Of a stretch of 64,000 bases of DNA, positions 60,935 to 64,000 are shown in pieces. The stretch lies in NCBI GenBank assembly GCA_902385625.1, contig CABMGE010000014.1, positions 84 to 64,083 on the forward strand, in the 5' to 3' direction. Within the stretch, counting starts at the first letter, position 1, and each line of letters begins with the position of its first letter. This stretch comes from an uncultured archaeon. GTDB taxonomy: Archaea; Nanobdellota; Nanobdellia; Pacearchaeales; GW2011-AR1. The translations under genes and the position numbers were made by a program. The notes below the pieces were generated by a model, which made no database searches, was not told the DNA's origin, and saw only the letters and a program-made list of their open reading frames with translations.

Positions 60935-62668
60935 TTATTTCTTTCTAAATTTAACAAATGCATAGATCATAGCAATTAATACCAAAAATCCTCCTGCAAA
61001 TGAAAGCGGATAATCTCCCAAAGCTCCGATTACAGCACCAGTTAAAGAAGATCTGCCAGTTATCTCAGATTTTGGACTTTCAGTTGGATAAGAATCATTT
61101 CCAGAAGTTTGTTTTTCAGGTTCTGCTTTTACCTCAGTGCATGATTGAACTTCAATTGGTTTTTTTGAATTAGGATCACAAAAATTTTCAGGATAACTAC
61201 AAGTTCTTGTTTGTCTCCCACTATTACATTCTCCCCAAGAACTGCATTTCCATTGTGTTGTACAAGAAGCAGAAGAAAAACCTCCACTGCCCCCTCCACC
61301 GCCTCCGCTACTTTGTGGAGAATCTGGAACTGAAGGTATTATAACATCCTGGGTTCTAACTGAAATATTAAATTCATCAGAATTTCTATCTAAGTTATCA
61401 ACTGCAACTGCATAAAAAATGTAGTAAGTTGAAGGAGAAAGACCTGCATAAGTATAACTAGAAGTCGGACTTAAAACAAGAGTCCAATTTAATTTATTCA
61501 TGCTTAGCAAATATCCTTTAATAATAGAGTTATTTTCAGGTGTAGCTGAAAAATATAATGTCACAGAGTCAGTTGTTGAAGTTGCAGTTAATGAAACAAA
61601 TTTAATAATATTTGTATAGATATTATGAACACATTGATTTCCAGGAGAGATTATCACGCAAAGATCTTCAGTTGAAGAATTTTTATCATCACAATCAAAG
61701 TTTTTAGTGCAAACAGGTGGTTGAATGCATGATGCATTATTGCAAGAGTAACTACAAGTTGAAATTGCCTTTTGATTTGTTTTATTTGAACAAGAGCTAG
61801 TATTAAGTCCAGGATTATTACATGTAAAAGTTAGATAATTTCTTGAGATATTTTTTCCAAGGCAAAAATTATCACCAAAAAATCCATCTGCACCACAATC
61901 AGAATTTTTAGAGCAGATTATAGTCTGGTTAGAATTAGTAACATTAGTCGAATTTGTTGGACTTGTTGAATTAGTCGAGTTAGAAGATGTATTTTCATTT
62001 GAAGTTATTCCGAGTTTAGCATAATCTGCACAATCCTTGAACAAATCTTTAGCATCCTGAGTCCAATAATTTGTTTGAGTTATCCCAAAAAAACAAATAT
62101 TTCCGCTAGAGATATCTCCGGTTGAGAGAGTACTTCCCTTGCCAATAAATGAAATAACATCTCCAAGATCTCCCGAACCAGTATTGTAAGTTTTTGCATA
62201 ACTTAATGTAGACGGGGCTTTACTTGACTTTCCAAGATAATAATAAAAAAGATAATCAGTATAATTATCTTTAACTGAATTATAAACAGTCAGGTTTTTT
62301 CCTTCAAAATCAACTTGCATTGGAATTGTTAAGCTTAATTTGCTGACCCCATTTGTATTTGTAATTCCAAATTTGTTTCCAAAATAATGATTCATAATAA
62401 TTGCATTATAATTTTTAACTGGAATAGGCTGGCTGAAATATTCATCACCAATAAATATTATTTTATAGGAGGATAAATTCTTTGAAATAGAATCTTCAGA
62501 AATATAATCCACATGGAGATCTGATGAAGAAAGTAGATTTACCAGATTTTTATCAATTCTTGCCTTATTTTTATAAATATAGGCTATATCAGAAGCATAA
62601 ACAAATCCAATAACTGAAGTAATTGAAAAAAATATAACTAACAATATGAAAATATTTTTTATAACCAT
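60935..62668 (-). CDS. Secreted Cys-rich protein with an FN3-like domain, Gly run, W/C-rich module and C-terminal TM + basic tail
   Basis: Signal peptide MVIKNIFILLVIFFSITSVIGFVYA. Module CSKNSDCGADGFFGDNFC...RNYLTFTCNNPGLNTSSC is shared with the 889- and 1141-aa proteins. WKCSSWGECNSGRQTRTC. Tail FLVLIAMIYAFVKFRKK. Confidence 0.75.
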   Translation of the reverse strand: MVIKNIFILLVIFFSITSVIGFVYASDIAYIYKNKARIDKNLVNLLSSSDLHVDYISEDSISKNLSSYKIIFIGDEYFSQPIPVKNYNAIIMNHYFGNKFGITNTNGVSKLSLTIPMQVDFEGKNLTVYNSVKDNYTDYLFYYYLGKSSKAPSTLSYAKTYNTGSGDLGDVISFIGKGSTLSTGDISSGNICFFGITQTNYWTQDAKDLFKDCADYAKLGITSNENTSSNSTNSTSPTNSTNVTNSNQTIICSKNSDCGADGFFGDNFCLGKNISRNYLTFTCNNPGLNTSSCSNKTNQKAISTCSYSCNNASCIQPPVCTKNFDCDDKNSSTEDLCVIISPGNQCVHNIYTNIIKFVSLTATSTTDSVTLYFSATPENNSIIKGYLLSMNKLNWTLVLSPTSSYTYAGLSPSTYYIFYAVAVDNLDRNSDEFNISVRTQDVIIPSVPDSPQSSGGGGGGSGGFSSASCTTQWKCSSWGECNSGRQTRTCSYPENFCDPNSKKPIEVQSCTEVKAEPEKQTSGNDSYPTESPKSEITGRSSLTGAVIGALGDYPLSFAGGFLVLIAMIYAFVKFRKK

Positions 62669-62787
62669 CTTTTTTACACAAGATAAAAAATTCAGGAACT
62701 TATAAACTTTTTGGATATGTGAATATAACTATTATCCCTAACCTACCTAACCAAAACTCATAAAAACCCTCTTCTCTTTTATTATAC

Positions 62788-64000
62788 ATGTTAGGTTCAT
62801 TAGGTTCTGCTTTGAAAAAAGGATTTGACAAAATAGCAGGAGCCATATTTTTAGACAAAAAAACAATTGAATTGATTGTAAAAGATCTCCAAAGAGCACT
62901 TATACAAGCAGATGTAAATGTCCATTTGGTAAAGGAACTTGGAGATAAGATTAAAAAAGAAGCTGAAAATGAAAAAGTAAAAGGAATTGAAAAAAAAGAG
63001 CATCTAACCAAAATCTTGCATGATGAAATTCAAAATCTTCTTGGAAATGAAAAGCATGAATTAAAACTTGAAAAAGGAAAAAACAATAAGATAATGCTTT
63101 TAGGATTGTATGGAGCAGGAAAAACAACTTCTTCTTCAAAACTCGCAGCTTACTATGCAAAAAGAGGCTTTAAAGTTGCAATGCTAGGTCTTGATGTACA
63201 TAGGCCTGCTGCACGAGATCAGTTAGAACAGCTAGGAAAGCAGATAAAAATTCCTGTTTTTTTTGAAAGAGAAGAAAAAGATCCTGTAAAAACTTACAAG
63301 AAATTAAAGCCAGAACTTGAAAAATTTGATCTAGTAATAGTAGATACTGCAGGCCGTCATTCCCTTGATAAAGAACTAATTGATGAGATTAAATCCCTAG
63401 AAAAAGAAATTCACCCAGATTATGTTATTTTAACAATACAAGCAGATATTGGACAGGCAGCGAAAAAACAAGCGCATGAATTTCAAGAAGCTTGTAATAT
63501 TAATGGAGTAATAATTACCAGAATGGATTCTACAGCAAAGGCAGGAGGAGCACTCACTGCATGTAATGAGACAAAGGCCCCTGTATTTTTCATAGGAACA
63601 GGTGAAAAGGCAAATGACTTTGAAACCTTTAATCCAAAATCATTTATATCAAGACTTTTAGGACTTGGAGACTTAGACGGTTTGTTAGAAAGAGTGCAAT
63701 CAGCAGTTGACGAATCTTCTCAAAAAAAAGCAAAAGAAAAACTTGAAAAAGGAGAATTTAATTTAAGAGATTTCCAGGAACAATTAAAAAATATGGGCAA
63801 TGTTGGAAGTATGTCCAAAATTATTGAAATGATTCCAGGTCTTGGAAAAGCAAAAATACCTGAAGAACTCCTTGGGAATCAAGAAGGAAAGTTAAAAAAA
63901 TGGCAGCATGCAATTGACTCAATGACTGAAGATGAAATAAATAATCCTGAGATAATTGAAAAACAAACAACAAGAATTGGAAGAATAGCAAAAGGCAGCG
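62788..64000 (+). CDS. srp54: Signal recognition particle protein SRP54, N-terminal ~404 codons (continues past window end)
   Basis: Not in the ORF track because it is edge-truncated. Manual translation from ATG 62788: MLGSLGSALKKGFDKI...IMLLGLYGAGKTTSSSKLA...VDTAGRHS...IITRMDSTAKAGGAL...FIGTGEK, then the start of the M domain. Confidence 0.9.
   Translation, partial: MLGSLGSALKKGFDKIAGAIFLDKKTIELIVKDLQRALIQADVNVHLVKELGDKIKKEAENEKVKGIEKKEHLTKILHDEIQNLLGNEKHELKLEKGKNNKIMLLGLYGAGKTTSSSKLAAYYAKRGFKVAMLGLDVHRPAARDQLEQLGKQIKIPVFFEREEKDPVKTYKKLKPELEKFDLVIVDTAGRHSLDKELIDEIKSLEKEIHPDYVILTIQADIGQAAKKQAHEFQEACNINGVIITRMDSTAKAGGALTACNETKAPVFFIGTGEKANDFETFNPKSFISRLLGLGDLDGLLERVQSAVDESSQKKAKEKLEKGEFNLRDFQEQLKNMGNVGSMSKIIEMIPGLGKAKIPEELLGNQEGKLKKWQHAIDSMTEDEINNPEIIEKQTTRIGRIAKGS

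Noticed and set aside
59353-64000. ftsY and srp54 forming a dedicated operon with the intervening surface-protein gene.
   Set aside because: The 577-aa gene is on the opposite strand from both SRP genes, so co-transcription is impossible. Only loose co-localisation remains, as noted in the findings.

Overview
The window is visibly AT-rich and looks like an archaeal contig from a small-genome, DPANN-like lineage; that assignment is inference from gene content. All calls rest on reading the sequence and ORF translations, with family names recalled from motifs. No database search or computation was run.

About half the window is compact housekeeping DNA:
- Translation and RNA processing: bacterial-type leuS (truncated at the left edge), tRNA-splicing endonuclease, RNase Z, ribosomal proteins S17e, S8e, L44e and S3Ae, and a Dus-like enzyme.
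- Chromatin, transcription and replication: Alba, an Sm-like protein, TFB and a GINS-like protein.
- Secretion: FtsY, and SRP54 truncated at the right edge.
- Other: NDK, a HIT protein, a low-molecular-weight phosphotyrosine phosphatase (LMW-PTP), an MFS transporter and the AMMECR1/Memo/radical-SAM trio.
- Seven intron-less tRNAs: Met/CAT, Ala/GGC, Cys/GCA, Arg/TCT, Leu/TAG, Val/GAC and Thr/TGT.
- TATA-like TTTAAAT(A) boxes sit about 30 nt upstream of many ATGs and tRNA 5' ends, which suggests leaderless transcripts.

The other half (about 32 kb) encodes very large secreted or membrane-anchored proteins rich in Asn, Cys or Gly:
1. A 16.4 kb reading frame (13861-30228, minus strand) is split by one in-frame TGA into 3830-aa and 1576-aa ORFs. 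It carries four ALK/LTK-like TNF-like plus glycine-rich domains, four LamG-like modules, a beta-helix and many Ig-like modules. It ends in a multi-pass anchor with a repeat-bearing cytosolic tail. A small HTH gene precedes it and a 547-aa coiled-coil gene follows it.
2. A translationally overlapping pair encodes a 646-aa membrane protein and a 2043-aa secreted protein with a Tyr/Asn/Gly low-complexity head.
3. A two-gene cassette is tandemly duplicated: a discoidin-containing Cys-rich surface protein followed by a small membrane protein with a C-terminal Cys cluster.
4. A related 577-aa Cys-rich protein lies between ftsY and srp54.

Smaller signals:
- A 20-nt palindrome is shared by the S17e and tRNA-Met promoter regions, with a half-site-swapped 19-nt variant upstream of S8e.
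- tRNA-Val, tRNA-Met and tRNA-Thr are each flanked by a duplicated fragment of their own ends.
- A set of perfect intergenic hairpins, several of them next to tRNA genes.
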